The notes under the pieces: generated by a model
What the model was told of the DNA's origin: nothing
What the model saw: the letters and a program-made list of their open reading frames with translations, nothing else
Databases searched by the model: none
Shown: piece by piece, positions 38,854-47,436 of the stretch
How positions within the stretch are numbered: the stretch's first letter is position 1
Layout: each line of letters begins with the position of its first letter
Virus record (IMG/VR): IMGVR_UViG_3300025913_000025
Location: 32,001 to 96,000 of that record
Direction: 5' to 3' (one strand)
Source of the DNA: a virus
Length of the DNA stretch: 64,000 nt
Position numbers and translations under genes: made by a program

Positions 38854-39231
38854 ATGACCGAGACGGTCGGATTCATCGATTCCGTTTGCAAGAAGTGCGG
38901 GAAGCGGATCGGCTGGCATGGTCGTGTGGTCGACATGCCTTGCTGTCCCCGTTGCGGAGCGAAGCCGGACGCGGCGGCGCTCGAGCACGACCAGGCCGAA
39001 GTGGACAGTTTTCGCGAACTGCTCCGGGAGATGAAGGAGCGAGTTCCGGGCTGGAGTCAATGGCGGCGGGCGCGCGTCGCGGCGGGACTCACGCTTCGCC
39101 AGGCGGCGAGGATCCTCGACGTGACTCCGACGTTGCTTTCGCTGATCGAACAGGCTGAGGCGAGCCCGTTGCCATCGCTGGTTGGCCGAATGGGAGCGTG
39201 CTACAGCGGGGAAAAGATGGAGCGGACATGA
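38854..39231 (+). CDS. Zn-ribbon plus XRE HTH regulator
   Basis: CKKC..CPRC; RRARVAAGLTLRQAARILDVTPTLLSLIE. Confidence 0.8.
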   Translation: MTETVGFIDSVCKKCGKRIGWHGRVVDMPCCPRCGAKPDAAALEHDQAEVDSFRELLREMKERVPGWSQWRRARVAAGLTLRQAARILDVTPTLLSLIEQAEASPLPSLVGRMGACYSGEKMERT

Positions 39232-39282
39232 GTGGGATTGCGGCGAGCGTGGCAACGTTTTAACTGAATAAAGGAGCGATCG

Positions 39283-39549
39283 ATGATTGATTACGAAAGC
39301 GTTCAAAGAGGGGATATTCTCCGCATCGTCGGTGCGGGCGCGCCTGGTTACGCGGAGAAGGGCGATCTTGTTCGCGTCATCGAGGTCTCGCGCAACTCCG
39401 TAACAATCGAGGACAAGCACGGAAAGCCGTGCGATTTTCTCTACAACTGTGGGGCGGCGAGGCTTGAGCCGACCGAGTGGAAGAACGATTTTCCCGCCCC
39501 TGACCCCGCCACCGTCCCCGTCACCGACGACGATGGGGAGGCCGACTGA
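39283..39549 (+). CDS. SH3-like hypothetical protein
   Basis: SD AAAGGAG; ends in TDDDGEAD repeat. Confidence 0.65.
   Translation: MIDYESVQRGDILRIVGAGAPGYAEKGDLVRVIEVSRNSVTIEDKHGKPCDFLYNCGAARLEPTEWKNDFPAPDPATVPVTDDDGEAD
39502..39549 (+). repeat. 48-bp direct repeat, copy 1
   Basis: 42/48 identical to 42361-42408. Confidence 0.85.
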
Positions 39550-39836
39550 TGCTCCGCGCATTCTGGCGAGCCGTGGCTCTGTTCGCCTATCGCCGGTGGG
39601 CTAAGGGCGAACCATGTAAGCCGTGGGGCGTCCCGGGCAATCGTGATCCCGATAATCCCTGCCTTGTCTACGCGCCCCGCAAGCGGCAATGGAACGATTT
39701 CGTGGACTGCCAGGGAGATGGTCATGCGCTCTGCAAGGAATGTTGCCACCTGGATCGTAGGCCCGAGCCGGATGGTCCACCGAGTCACGAAGAGATTCGC
39801 AAATTCGTTCGCGGTGTTGGAGGGCGGCCGTTATGA
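39549..39836 (+). CDS. Cys-rich hypothetical protein
   Basis: Coupled at both ends. Confidence 0.6.
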   Translation: MLRAFWRAVALFAYRRWAKGEPCKPWGVPGNRDPDNPCLVYAPRKRQWNDFVDCQGDGHALCKECCHLDRRPEPDGPPSHEEIRKFVRGVGGRPL

Positions 39837-40645
39837 CGACTGAACTGAGCATCCTCGGGCGCGCCGGTGATATCAAGCTAACCTGGGACAAGGATGATCC
39901 TGAGTCGGTCGCGAAGGCACGCGCGGAAATCGCGCGACTCAAGCAAGCCGGCTATATGTTCTACATCGTGGACGGTTCGCCGGCCGATGAGATTGCTGCT
40001 GGCAACGGCGAACTCACGGCGCGATTTGCGAGTGAGGCCGAACTGGTCGCCGCCAGATCTGAGCTTGCGAAGCTTAGGCAGTCCTACGAAGCGGCCAATA
40101 TTCGCGCCGCCAACCTTCAGGACCCAGACATCGACGCGATCGACCAGCAGCTCGCCGAACTCGAGACGGTCAACCGTCGGGTGCGAGCAAAGAGCGACCG
40201 GGCCGCTTTGGTGGCCAAGATCCGCGCCGACCGCAAAACGGCCGATTCACTCACGACTCAGCTCGACGTTATCGACGCCGACCGAACACGCCGGCTCGAG
40301 GAAGCTTCGGCCAAGCTTCCCGTCCCCGGCCTGAGCCTCGACGGCGACACGGTGACGCTCAACGGCGTTCCGCTCGTGCAAGCCTCAACCGCCGAGCAGA
40401 TCCGGACCGGCCTGGCAATCAGCGCGGCGCTCAACCCCAAGCTCCGTGTGGCCCTGATCCGCGACGGCTCCCTCATCGACGAGCAAGGACTCAAGGCCAT
40501 TCAGGCATGGGCCGAGGCTAACGACACCCAGGTTTTCCTCGAGCGAGTCTCGGCCGGCGCTCCCGTCGGCGTCGTCATCGAGGACGGCGAGGTCAGCGAG
40601 ATCGCCGCGCCGGCCAAGCCGGAATTGGCAGCGGCGGGGCGATGA
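39833..40645 (+). CDS. chimeric protein carrying only the C-terminal half of an SMC/Rad50-like ATPase
   Basis: Coiled coil, QASTAEQ signature, VALIRDGSLID Walker B/D-loop; no Walker A. Confidence 0.7.
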   Translation: MTTELSILGRAGDIKLTWDKDDPESVAKARAEIARLKQAGYMFYIVDGSPADEIAAGNGELTARFASEAELVAARSELAKLRQSYEAANIRAANLQDPDIDAIDQQLAELETVNRRVRAKSDRAALVAKIRADRKTADSLTTQLDVIDADRTRRLEEASAKLPVPGLSLDGDTVTLNGVPLVQASTAEQIRTGLAISAALNPKLRVALIRDGSLIDEQGLKAIQAWAEANDTQVFLERVSAGAPVGVVIEDGEVSEIAAPAKPELAAAGR

Positions 40646-40830
40646 GCCCCACGCAAACGGAGGGTCGTATGTCTCTGACACCCCAGATCGACACCGCCCA
40701 CACCGGCCGCTTTGACCACCTTCGCTGCGGGACCTGCGGACGGCCCTGGGACGAGCACACGGCGGATTGCACGCGGCATCAGTTCAGGCCGACGGAGAAG
40801 GCACCAGAGAAGGAGACACCCAAATCATGA
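40642..40830 (+). CDS. small Zn-finger protein
   Basis: CGTC..H..C. Confidence 0.5.
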   Translation: MSPTQTEGRMSLTPQIDTAHTGRFDHLRCGTCGRPWDEHTADCTRHQFRPTEKAPEKETPKS

Positions 40831-41081
40831 GCACCTGGCGAGACAAGGCCCGGCCAGTCATCACTCAGGCAATCGCCGATGGTCGGGCTCTGGGCCTCGA
40901 TGGGCCGGCGCTAAATCGATTCATCTCGGGTCGTTACCCGTTCGGTAAGCACGAGTGCCACCCGTACAAAATATGGCTCGACGAAGTGCGGGCCCAGCTC
41001 AAGGAGGAAGCCAGACGCGCAGCCTGGGATAAGGCGATCAAAGAGTCGCAGGCAATCAGTATGGAGACCGCCACATCATGA
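40827..41081 (+). CDS. hypothetical protein
   Basis: YPFG...HPYKIWLDEV. Confidence 0.65.
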   Translation: MSTWRDKARPVITQAIADGRALGLDGPALNRFISGRYPFGKHECHPYKIWLDEVRAQLKEEARRAAWDKAIKESQAISMETATS

Positions 41082-41584
41082 GCGCCGTTACCAAGCCGGA
41101 CTTGATCCGCTCCGAGTGCGGGCGGTATCTCACCGAGCGGAGCGTGGCCATCAACGAGTGGCGAGCGATCTACGCCGCCGATGGGACGCTCTTGGGCAAG
41201 ACGACGTATTGGAGCAGCCGCTACACCGACTCCCGGATCGGCTTCGAATGCGGATTCGGGAAGCTCTCTGTCAATTTCTCCTATCCGCGATACCCGAAAT
41301 GGTTCCGGCGCCGATGGGTCTTGTGTTTCGACCTGTCAATCGAGGATCTTTCCGCGCTGGTCGAGAGATTGGGCTGCAAGGTGATCGTCGGGTTCAAGGT
41401 CGGGATGACAGTGTGGTCGTCCATCGGATTTCGCGCGACATCGAAGCAGCTCCGCGCGGTCGATGCCGAACTGAATCGGCTGGGCGTGAAATGGAACGGA
41501 CCACCAGCTAGGGGCGGTCAATGGGAGATCGAGTGTCCGCGAAATGCCAAGAGTAAAGGGGCGATGGAGACCGAGGCATCATGA
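41078..41584 (+). CDS. hypothetical protein
   Basis: ATGA coupling; flanked by 21-bp imperfect direct repeats. Confidence 0.6.
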   Translation: MSAVTKPDLIRSECGRYLTERSVAINEWRAIYAADGTLLGKTTYWSSRYTDSRIGFECGFGKLSVNFSYPRYPKWFRRRWVLCFDLSIEDLSALVERLGCKVIVGFKVGMTVWSSIGFRATSKQLRAVDAELNRLGVKWNGPPARGGQWEIECPRNAKSKGAMETEAS

Positions 41585-42072
41585 ACATCGCCTCCCGCGA
41601 GCACGCCGTCGCCCTGGGCCTCGCCGACGTGTGGGACCGCGAGATGAGTGGGCGCGGCCAAATTCCGGAATTTCGGAATTTCGGAATTTCGAGCGGCGCG
41701 GCCCAGCGCGGGGGGCGGCGCCCAACCGTCAAGAACGAGCTTGGGCAGAACAAGACCGAGGCTCGCTACGACGGCCACCTGGCGGAGCTGAAGGCGCAAG
41801 GGCGGATCTCTGACTATGGGTTCGAGGCGTTTAACTGGCGACTCGCGGGGCGGACCTGGCTGCGGATCGACTTTGCGGTCTGGTTGCCGGATGGCAAGCT
41901 GATCGCAATAGATGTCAAAGGTTTTATGGAAGAAGATGCTGCGGTCAAGGTCAAGATCTTGGCCGAGATCCGCCCCCGGCTGCCGGTCTATCTCGTGAGC
42001 TACCAGCGTGGCGCCTGGACGTACCGCGTGTGCGGTCGGGGCGGGATCGTGGCGAGCGTGGCACCGTTTTAA
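41581..42072 (+). CDS. PD-(D/E)xK nuclease (DUF1064-like)
   Basis: NKTEARY..IDFAVWLPDG..IDVKGF..AAVKVK. Confidence 0.75.
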   Translation: MNIASREHAVALGLADVWDREMSGRGQIPEFRNFGISSGAAQRGGRRPTVKNELGQNKTEARYDGHLAELKAQGRISDYGFEAFNWRLAGRTWLRIDFAVWLPDGKLIAIDVKGFMEEDAAVKVKILAEIRPRLPVYLVSYQRGAWTYRVCGRGGIVASVAPF

Positions 42073-42087
42073 AGGGAGGGGGAGAAC

Positions 42088-42408
42088 GTGGAAGAGATTC
42101 ACGAAGGCCATTCATTGCTGGTTGTTGTTTCCGCAAACGAGTGGATCGGTTGCGAGATTATCGGATCCACACTGGATAGCTCCGGCGATATCCCATTGAG
42201 CGTCTCTGACCTGGCTGAAGACGTGTTGCCTTCCGGCATGGATCCGGGACTCTATGTCTGGACTGGACGAATCAGCATTTTTCCTCTCGCCCAGCGTTTC
42301 GACGGCAAGCTGCGCCCCGCCAGAATCGACGACCTCGCCTACTTCGGGATGCGCGGCTTGGACCCCGTCCCCGCCACCGTCACCGACGACGACGGGGAGG
42401 CGGACTGA
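42088..42408 (+). CDS. hypothetical protein
   Basis: PGLYVWTG; ends in TDDDGEAD repeat. Confidence 0.6.
   Translation: MEEIHEGHSLLVVVSANEWIGCEIIGSTLDSSGDIPLSVSDLAEDVLPSGMDPGLYVWTGRISIFPLAQRFDGKLRPARIDDLAYFGMRGLDPVPATVTDDDGEAD
42361..42408 (+). repeat. 48-bp direct repeat, copy 2
   Basis: 42/48 identical to 39502-39549. Confidence 0.85.
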
Positions 42409-42524
42409 GGACGGCTGCGAGGGCGAAGGCCAGGCCGGCTCACCACCGGTCCTCAGGGTCAGTTCCGGGGCGCTCTCCTGGAGATTTCTGCGCAAGGATT
42501 CCACAACGGAAAGGATGTGCAACA

Positions 42525-42719
42525 GTGCTGGTCCTGAGCCGAAAACTGAACGAACGCATCATCATCAACGGCAACATCGCCGTCGCCGTGGTCGAGATCC
42601 GGGGCGACAAAGTGCGTCTGGGGATCGAGGCGGACAAGGCAATTTCCATTCATAGAGAGGAGGTGTTCAACAGGATTAACGCAGCCAAAACCGGGGAATC
42701 CCAAGGAGAAAACAGTTGA
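42525..42719 (+). CDS. csrA: carbon storage regulator CsrA/RsmA
   Basis: MLVLSRKLNERIIIN..VVEIRGDKVRLGIEA..ISIHREEV. Confidence 0.96.
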   Translation: MLVLSRKLNERIIINGNIAVAVVEIRGDKVRLGIEADKAISIHREEVFNRINAAKTGESQGENS

Positions 42720-42820
42720 TTGGCGACATTCATCCGAATACGGTAAGACGAGTCGAAGGCGTGCTGGAAACACAGCCTCCGACCCTAACCACAATCGACA
42801 CCTGTTGCGAGGTGCAAGTC

Positions 42821-43477
42821 ATGGCTGCGCGGAATCGTACCGCTTCCACGTTCTACGTCAACCCGAACGATCCAGCCACCTGGTTGAAGCCAGGCGAGCC
42901 ACTGTTTGCTGGAGGGTTTGACTGGTCGTGGTGTTACGTCGTCTATCGCGCGGTGCCCGGTCATCCGGGTTATTGCATTGGCACGAATGGTTCGCTTTGG
43001 ACGTGTCGGGCATACAGGGGGCTGGGCTACGGCAAGGGAACCGAATCCTACCTGTCTGCGAACTGGAAGAGGAAACATCCATTTATTGACAGGGACGGAT
43101 ACGAGGTCGCCAGTCTCTCGGATGGACCGCGCTCACAAAGCATGAGAATTCACGCTCTCGTTTTGAGCGTTTTTGTCGGGCCGCGAAAGCCCGGCCAAGT
43201 GTGCCGGCATCTGAACGGAGTCAGATCGTGCAATCGCCTTAGTAATCTTGCGTGGGGGACACCATTGGAAAACTGCCAAGATCGAGAATCCCACCAACAT
43301 ACAGCACGAGGCGAAAAGTCCGGCCAAGCCAAACTTACTCGACAAGACGTGATCGAGATTCGGCGGCTCAGGACCGAATCAAAGTGGACGTTTATGAGGA
43401 TCGCGAAATTCAAAGGTATCAGCAAGCGGCAAGCTATGAGGGTTTATTACAGGCAATCGTGGAATCACGTTGCATGA
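42821..43477 (+). CDS. HNH homing endonuclease (NUMOD4-like N-terminus)
   Basis: IHALVLSVFVGP..CRHLNGVRSCNRLSNLAWGT..AKLT. Confidence 0.88.
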   Translation: MAARNRTASTFYVNPNDPATWLKPGEPLFAGGFDWSWCYVVYRAVPGHPGYCIGTNGSLWTCRAYRGLGYGKGTESYLSANWKRKHPFIDRDGYEVASLSDGPRSQSMRIHALVLSVFVGPRKPGQVCRHLNGVRSCNRLSNLAWGTPLENCQDRESHQHTARGEKSGQAKLTRQDVIEIRRLRTESKWTFMRIAKFKGISKRQAMRVYYRQSWNHVA

Positions 43478-43526
43478 TCACCATCAACCGCGAGCAGCGG
43501 GCCCAGGACGCGAAAGGGGGTGGGGC

Positions 43527-43865
43527 TTGAGCGAGCATACACCGGGACCTTGGGTCGTTGATGCAACCAAGGCAACCGGACCCTACAGCGTCCTGACCCA
43601 ATCCGAAGCGATTCCGCAAAAGGATTGCATTGTCTGTTCATTCGGCGAATCCCGACGACGCGGAGACCGGGCGCGACTCGAAGCGGACGCTCGTCTGATC
43701 GCCGCCGCGCCGGACTTGCTGACGGCTGCAATCAAGGTGCTTACTTCCGATCTCGGATCGGTTTTACATCTGGATTCATGTGGTCGAGCGATCGGCATTG
43801 AATGCGACTGCGGAATCGAAGACTTGGAACGAGCGGTCTTCAAGGCCACCGGCAATCCCAAATAG
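43527..43865 (+). CDS. phage hypothetical protein (TPGPW...ARLIAAAPDLL family)
   Basis: Both motifs present. Confidence 0.75.
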   Translation: MSEHTPGPWVVDATKATGPYSVLTQSEAIPQKDCIVCSFGESRRRGDRARLEADARLIAAAPDLLTAAIKVLTSDLGSVLHLDSCGRAIGIECDCGIEDLERAVFKATGNPK

Positions 43866-43879
43866 CGGAGACTGTTGAC

Positions 43880-44185
43880 ATGCGCGGCGTGAACACCAGG
43901 CCCCATCCGAAGCGGTACGATCGGCGTCGGCACGGCTTCCGGCTGACGTGTCGGCATTGCTTCGCGGACAACGTGGATTCGATCCCTGAAGCCAAAGCTC
44001 AAGGATGGGACGTTCACGGTCTGATCAGCGATTTCCGCGATGCGCCGTGGACACACATTGGTATCTGCCCGGATGCTGGATGCCGCGCAGAAGAAGACGG
44101 GACGGCAGCGGATACGAGGCGTGAAGTGAGCGCGCGGGAACGGGCGAAAACGCTGAGCTTTGCTCGGATTGACCAGGCAGATTAA
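43880..44185 (+). CDS. Zn-binding hypothetical protein
   Basis: CRHC..AKAQGW..CPD..C. Confidence 0.5.
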   Translation: MRGVNTRPHPKRYDRRRHGFRLTCRHCFADNVDSIPEAKAQGWDVHGLISDFRDAPWTHIGICPDAGCRAEEDGTAADTRREVSARERAKTLSFARIDQAD

Positions 44186-44212
44186 CCACACAGAACGAAC
44201 AAAGGAGAAGCC

Positions 44213-45133
44213 TTGACCATCCTTGCCGACTTCATTACTTCCGTCACAGCGACCGCGTTTCGCGGATCCAACACCGAGCAGTCCGACGCGGTGAAGGCGA
44301 CCGAGAAAGCCTTTCGCGTTCATCTCGACCGCTCGTTCTGGGACCGCTACCTCGGCGCGCGTCCCCAGGTCGATCGACCCCCGGTCGGCTCGTTCGCAAT
44401 GCCGCGCGAGGCCGCCGATGAGTTCCGGGCGATCGTCCACGCGAATTCGTTCCTGGCCTGCCGGACCACGCAAGTTAACATTCGCGGCCCGCGGGATGCC
44501 GTCGAGACGATCATTGACGTGACAGGAGCACGCCGGCTGCACATGAAGCCAACGCCATTCATGGGCTTCGCACGGGCGCCGATCGCGGACTTCAAAAAGG
44601 AACCGGGCGAGGCACCGCTCCGGCTCGTGAGGAATGTCGCACGGGCGTTCGGTCAGTTTCTCGATCAGGGCTTTATCGCGGGCACCGGCGACAGGCAGCC
44701 GCTCGGAATCATCAACTCCGCGGCGGCGATCACGGTTCCCCGCGCCTTGAAACATCAGGATGCGGTCGGCACGATCCGGGATGCGTTCTCGCTCTACAAG
44801 GAGCCAGACAATTCGTGTCTCTGGCTGGCGTCGAGCTCGATCAAGTTCTGGGATCTGCTGTTACTCTTCGGCGACATCCCGTACGCCTTTACGGATCTGA
44901 TGCCGACACTCCTGGCCGCGAACTGCCTGATGCTCGTCGATCCGCGCGAGTACCTCTCCGCCGTGCGATGGGACCTGGTTGACGTTGCGGCGGCCGTCTC
45001 GAATGGCATCGATGTCTCGCTGATGTTTTCGTTCTACGCCACGGGTGCGCCGCGCTGGGCTGCGCCGAAGGTTCATGAGAATGGCGAACTGTACGTGTCG
45101 CCGTTCGTCGGGCTGGCGGCGGAGGCGATGTGA
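44213..45133 (+). CDS. second, shortened HK97-fold capsid paralogue
   Basis: FLDQGFIAGTGDRQPLGIIN, LMLVDPREY, VSPFVGL align with the major capsid; SD AAAGGAG. Confidence 0.8.
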   Translation: MTILADFITSVTATAFRGSNTEQSDAVKATEKAFRVHLDRSFWDRYLGARPQVDRPPVGSFAMPREAADEFRAIVHANSFLACRTTQVNIRGPRDAVETIIDVTGARRLHMKPTPFMGFARAPIADFKKEPGEAPLRLVRNVARAFGQFLDQGFIAGTGDRQPLGIINSAAAITVPRALKHQDAVGTIRDAFSLYKEPDNSCLWLASSSIKFWDLLLLFGDIPYAFTDLMPTLLAANCLMLVDPREYLSAVRWDLVDVAAAVSNGIDVSLMFSFYATGAPRWAAPKVHENGELYVSPFVGLAAEAM

Positions 45134-45894
45134 AAGACCTGGCTGATCAAAGCTTCCTGTTTGCCGGCCGCCTACTTGTCTGGTTCTCATGCGGGGCCGC
45201 ATCGGCGGTTGCTGCGAAACTAGCCGTCGAGCAATACGCCGATCAGTATCCTATCGAGGTCTGCTATTGCGACACGCTCGCGCACGAGCATCCCGACAAC
45301 AGGCGATTCCTCAAGGACGTAAGCGATTGGATTGGCCAGGAGATCAAGATCCTCAAGAGCCATCGGTACGACACAATTTACGATGTCTTCCGCGGCGAGC
45401 GGTATCTGAATGGCCCGAACGGCGCCCCCTGTACCCGAGCGCTCAAGCGAGTGCCTCGGGAACGATATCAAGATCCGTGGGATTACCACGTCTTCGGCTA
45501 CACGATGGAAGAGGCAAAGAGGATCAACGACTTCGAGTCGGACAATCCTAGCCTCCAAACGATCTGGATTCTCCGCGACAACAAGATCGGCAAATCGGAA
45601 TGTTACCGAAGGCTTCGTCAGGCAGGAATTGAACTGCCGACGATGTATAAGCTTGGTTACAAGAACAACAATTGCATCGGTTGCGTGAAGGGGGGGGCTG
45701 GATACTGGAACAAAATCCGCCGCGATTTCCCTGAGTATTTCTGGCGAATGGCGGCACTGGAGCGCGAGTTAGGATTCTGTTTGTTGCGGATCAAAGGCGA
45801 ACCGGTTTACCTGGACGAACTCGATCCCGAGGCCGGGCATTTTGACGAAGAACCCGATATTGAATGCGGCCCGCAATGCGTAAGCCGGGTTTAA
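45130..45894 (+). CDS. PAPS-reductase-family (PP-loop) protein
   Basis: WFSCGAASA, CTRALK, GYKNNNCIGCVKGG. Confidence 0.8.
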   Translation: MKDLADQSFLFAGRLLVWFSCGAASAVAAKLAVEQYADQYPIEVCYCDTLAHEHPDNRRFLKDVSDWIGQEIKILKSHRYDTIYDVFRGERYLNGPNGAPCTRALKRVPRERYQDPWDYHVFGYTMEEAKRINDFESDNPSLQTIWILRDNKIGKSECYRRLRQAGIELPTMYKLGYKNNNCIGCVKGGAGYWNKIRRDFPEYFWRMAALERELGFCLLRIKGEPVYLDELDPEAGHFDEEPDIECGPQCVSRV

Positions 45895-45910
45895 ATCAAG
45901 AGGTCTGAGT

Positions 45911-46918
45911 ATGGCCGAGAATCTCGATGATGAACTATCCCGACTGATTGCAAACGTCGATATTTCGACGCCCGAACGACTCGCGAGATTCGAGAAGTGG
46001 CGAAACGAAGACGGATCGCGGCAAGGTTTGCAAGGCTTGCGCAAACGGTCTTCTCAGTCGGCCCCGCGATCGGTTGTCGAAGCCATCGACCAGGCGAAGC
46101 GAATCCTCGACGACGCAATCGCCGAGTTCGAGCCCGTTGCGATCTACGCTGGATTTAGCGGAGGATTCGATTCGCTCGTCTCGACGCACTTCGCGATCCA
46201 GCACAGTCCATCGATCCGGCCACTCCACATAAACACGGGCATTGGAATCGAACGGACGCGCGAGTATGTGCGTTCGACATGCGGGGAATTCGGATGGTCG
46301 CTGCGGGAAGAAAGAACGACGGAGAACTATGAGAAGCTCGTCCTCGAGCAAGGATTCCCGGGACCGCCGCATCACGGGAAGATGTACAACCGGCTCAAGG
46401 AACGACCGATTCGACGCGTGGTCGCTGAAGCCAAAACTGGTTGCTCGCGCACCGATACCGTGATGATCATCACCGGGATTCGGGCGGACGAATCGAAAAT
46501 CAGGACTGGATACAAGCGGACAACCTCGAAGGTCGGCTCGCAAGTCTGGGTGAATCCGCTCTACTGGTCGAGTATCGACGTGTTCCGCGAGTACCGGGAA
46601 ACCCACAAGCTCCAGGCAAACCCGGTCTCCGCGAAACTGGGATTCTCCGGCGAATGCCTTTGCGGTGCGAATGCAGAGATCGGGGAACTCGATCGCATCG
46701 AGTTCGTGTGTCCCCAAACCGGGGCGTATCTCAGAGACCTGGAACGTCGTGTACGTGAAGCCGGGTTTCCGTGGGGATACGAAGGACGGCCACCGGAATG
46801 GTGGCTCGATAAGAAGCGAGGACAAGGATTGCTTGGGGACTGGTTTGAAGACGAGGAAGACAAGGCGTGCGTCCCTGGCCCGATGTGTAACTCTTGCGAG
46901 AAAATCAGGTCCGAATGA
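45911..46918 (+). CDS. PAPS-reductase-family (PP-loop) protein
   Basis: FSGGFDS, HINTGIG, RLKERP, GIRADES, NPLYW, SGECLCGA. Confidence 0.88.
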   Translation: MAENLDDELSRLIANVDISTPERLARFEKWRNEDGSRQGLQGLRKRSSQSAPRSVVEAIDQAKRILDDAIAEFEPVAIYAGFSGGFDSLVSTHFAIQHSPSIRPLHINTGIGIERTREYVRSTCGEFGWSLREERTTENYEKLVLEQGFPGPPHHGKMYNRLKERPIRRVVAEAKTGCSRTDTVMIITGIRADESKIRTGYKRTTSKVGSQVWVNPLYWSSIDVFREYRETHKLQANPVSAKLGFSGECLCGANAEIGELDRIEFVCPQTGAYLRDLERRVREAGFPWGYEGRPPEWWLDKKRGQGLLGDWFEDEEDKACVPGPMCNSCEKIRSE

Positions 46919-47133
46919 GCAACGAGATCACCCCGCTCGATCCCGAGCTGTTTCCCGAATCCCGACCGACCGCAGGCACTTCCTACAAGGTGCTCGCCGA
47001 TCCCTCGAAGGGCCGCGTGTTCGTCCAGTTCTCTGACCCGATCCCAGGCATGGTTTTGACTTACGAACAGGCGATGGCCATGTCCGACGCGCTCACGAAG
47101 CAGGCATTTGCGCTCCGTGGAATCAGTTCTTAG
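46915..47133 (+). CDS. hypothetical protein
   Basis: ATGA coupling. Confidence 0.55.
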   Translation: MSNEITPLDPELFPESRPTAGTSYKVLADPSKGRVFVQFSDPIPGMVLTYEQAMAMSDALTKQAFALRGISS

Positions 47134-47152
47134 AAATTTCCTCGCGTGCATC

Positions 47153-47197
47153 TTGTCACACCGCGAGAACTTGTTAGTATTCGTTTGCGGCAAACGA
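47153..47197 (+). promoter_or_regulatory. promoter with perfect 17-bp palindromic operator
   Basis: TTGTCA-16-TAGTAT followed by TCGTTTGC-G-GCAAACGA. Confidence 0.65.
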
Positions 47198-47214
47198 GAA
47201 AGCGGAACAGAACG

Positions 47215-47436
47215 ATGAAGCTTTACACTCTTCGGGAAGCGGCCGATAAGCTCAAGATCCACCGGAACACGGTCGCGGATCTGGTGCGATGCTGGCGAAT
47301 TCCGACACACTCCATCGAGGAACACTATCGGGGCCGAGCACGCGGGCTGACGAGTGCCGCGGTTAACCTGATGGCGGAACGGCTGAAACCCAGAAAGCGA
47401 GAAACGGATGGAGCAAGAACAGACACCGACGGCTGA
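47215..47436 (+). CDS. MerR/excisionase-like HTH protein
   Basis: LYTLREAADKLKIHRNTV. Confidence 0.7.
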   Translation: MKLYTLREAADKLKIHRNTVADLVRCWRIPTHSIEEHYRGRARGLTSAAVNLMAERLKPRKRETDGARTDTDG

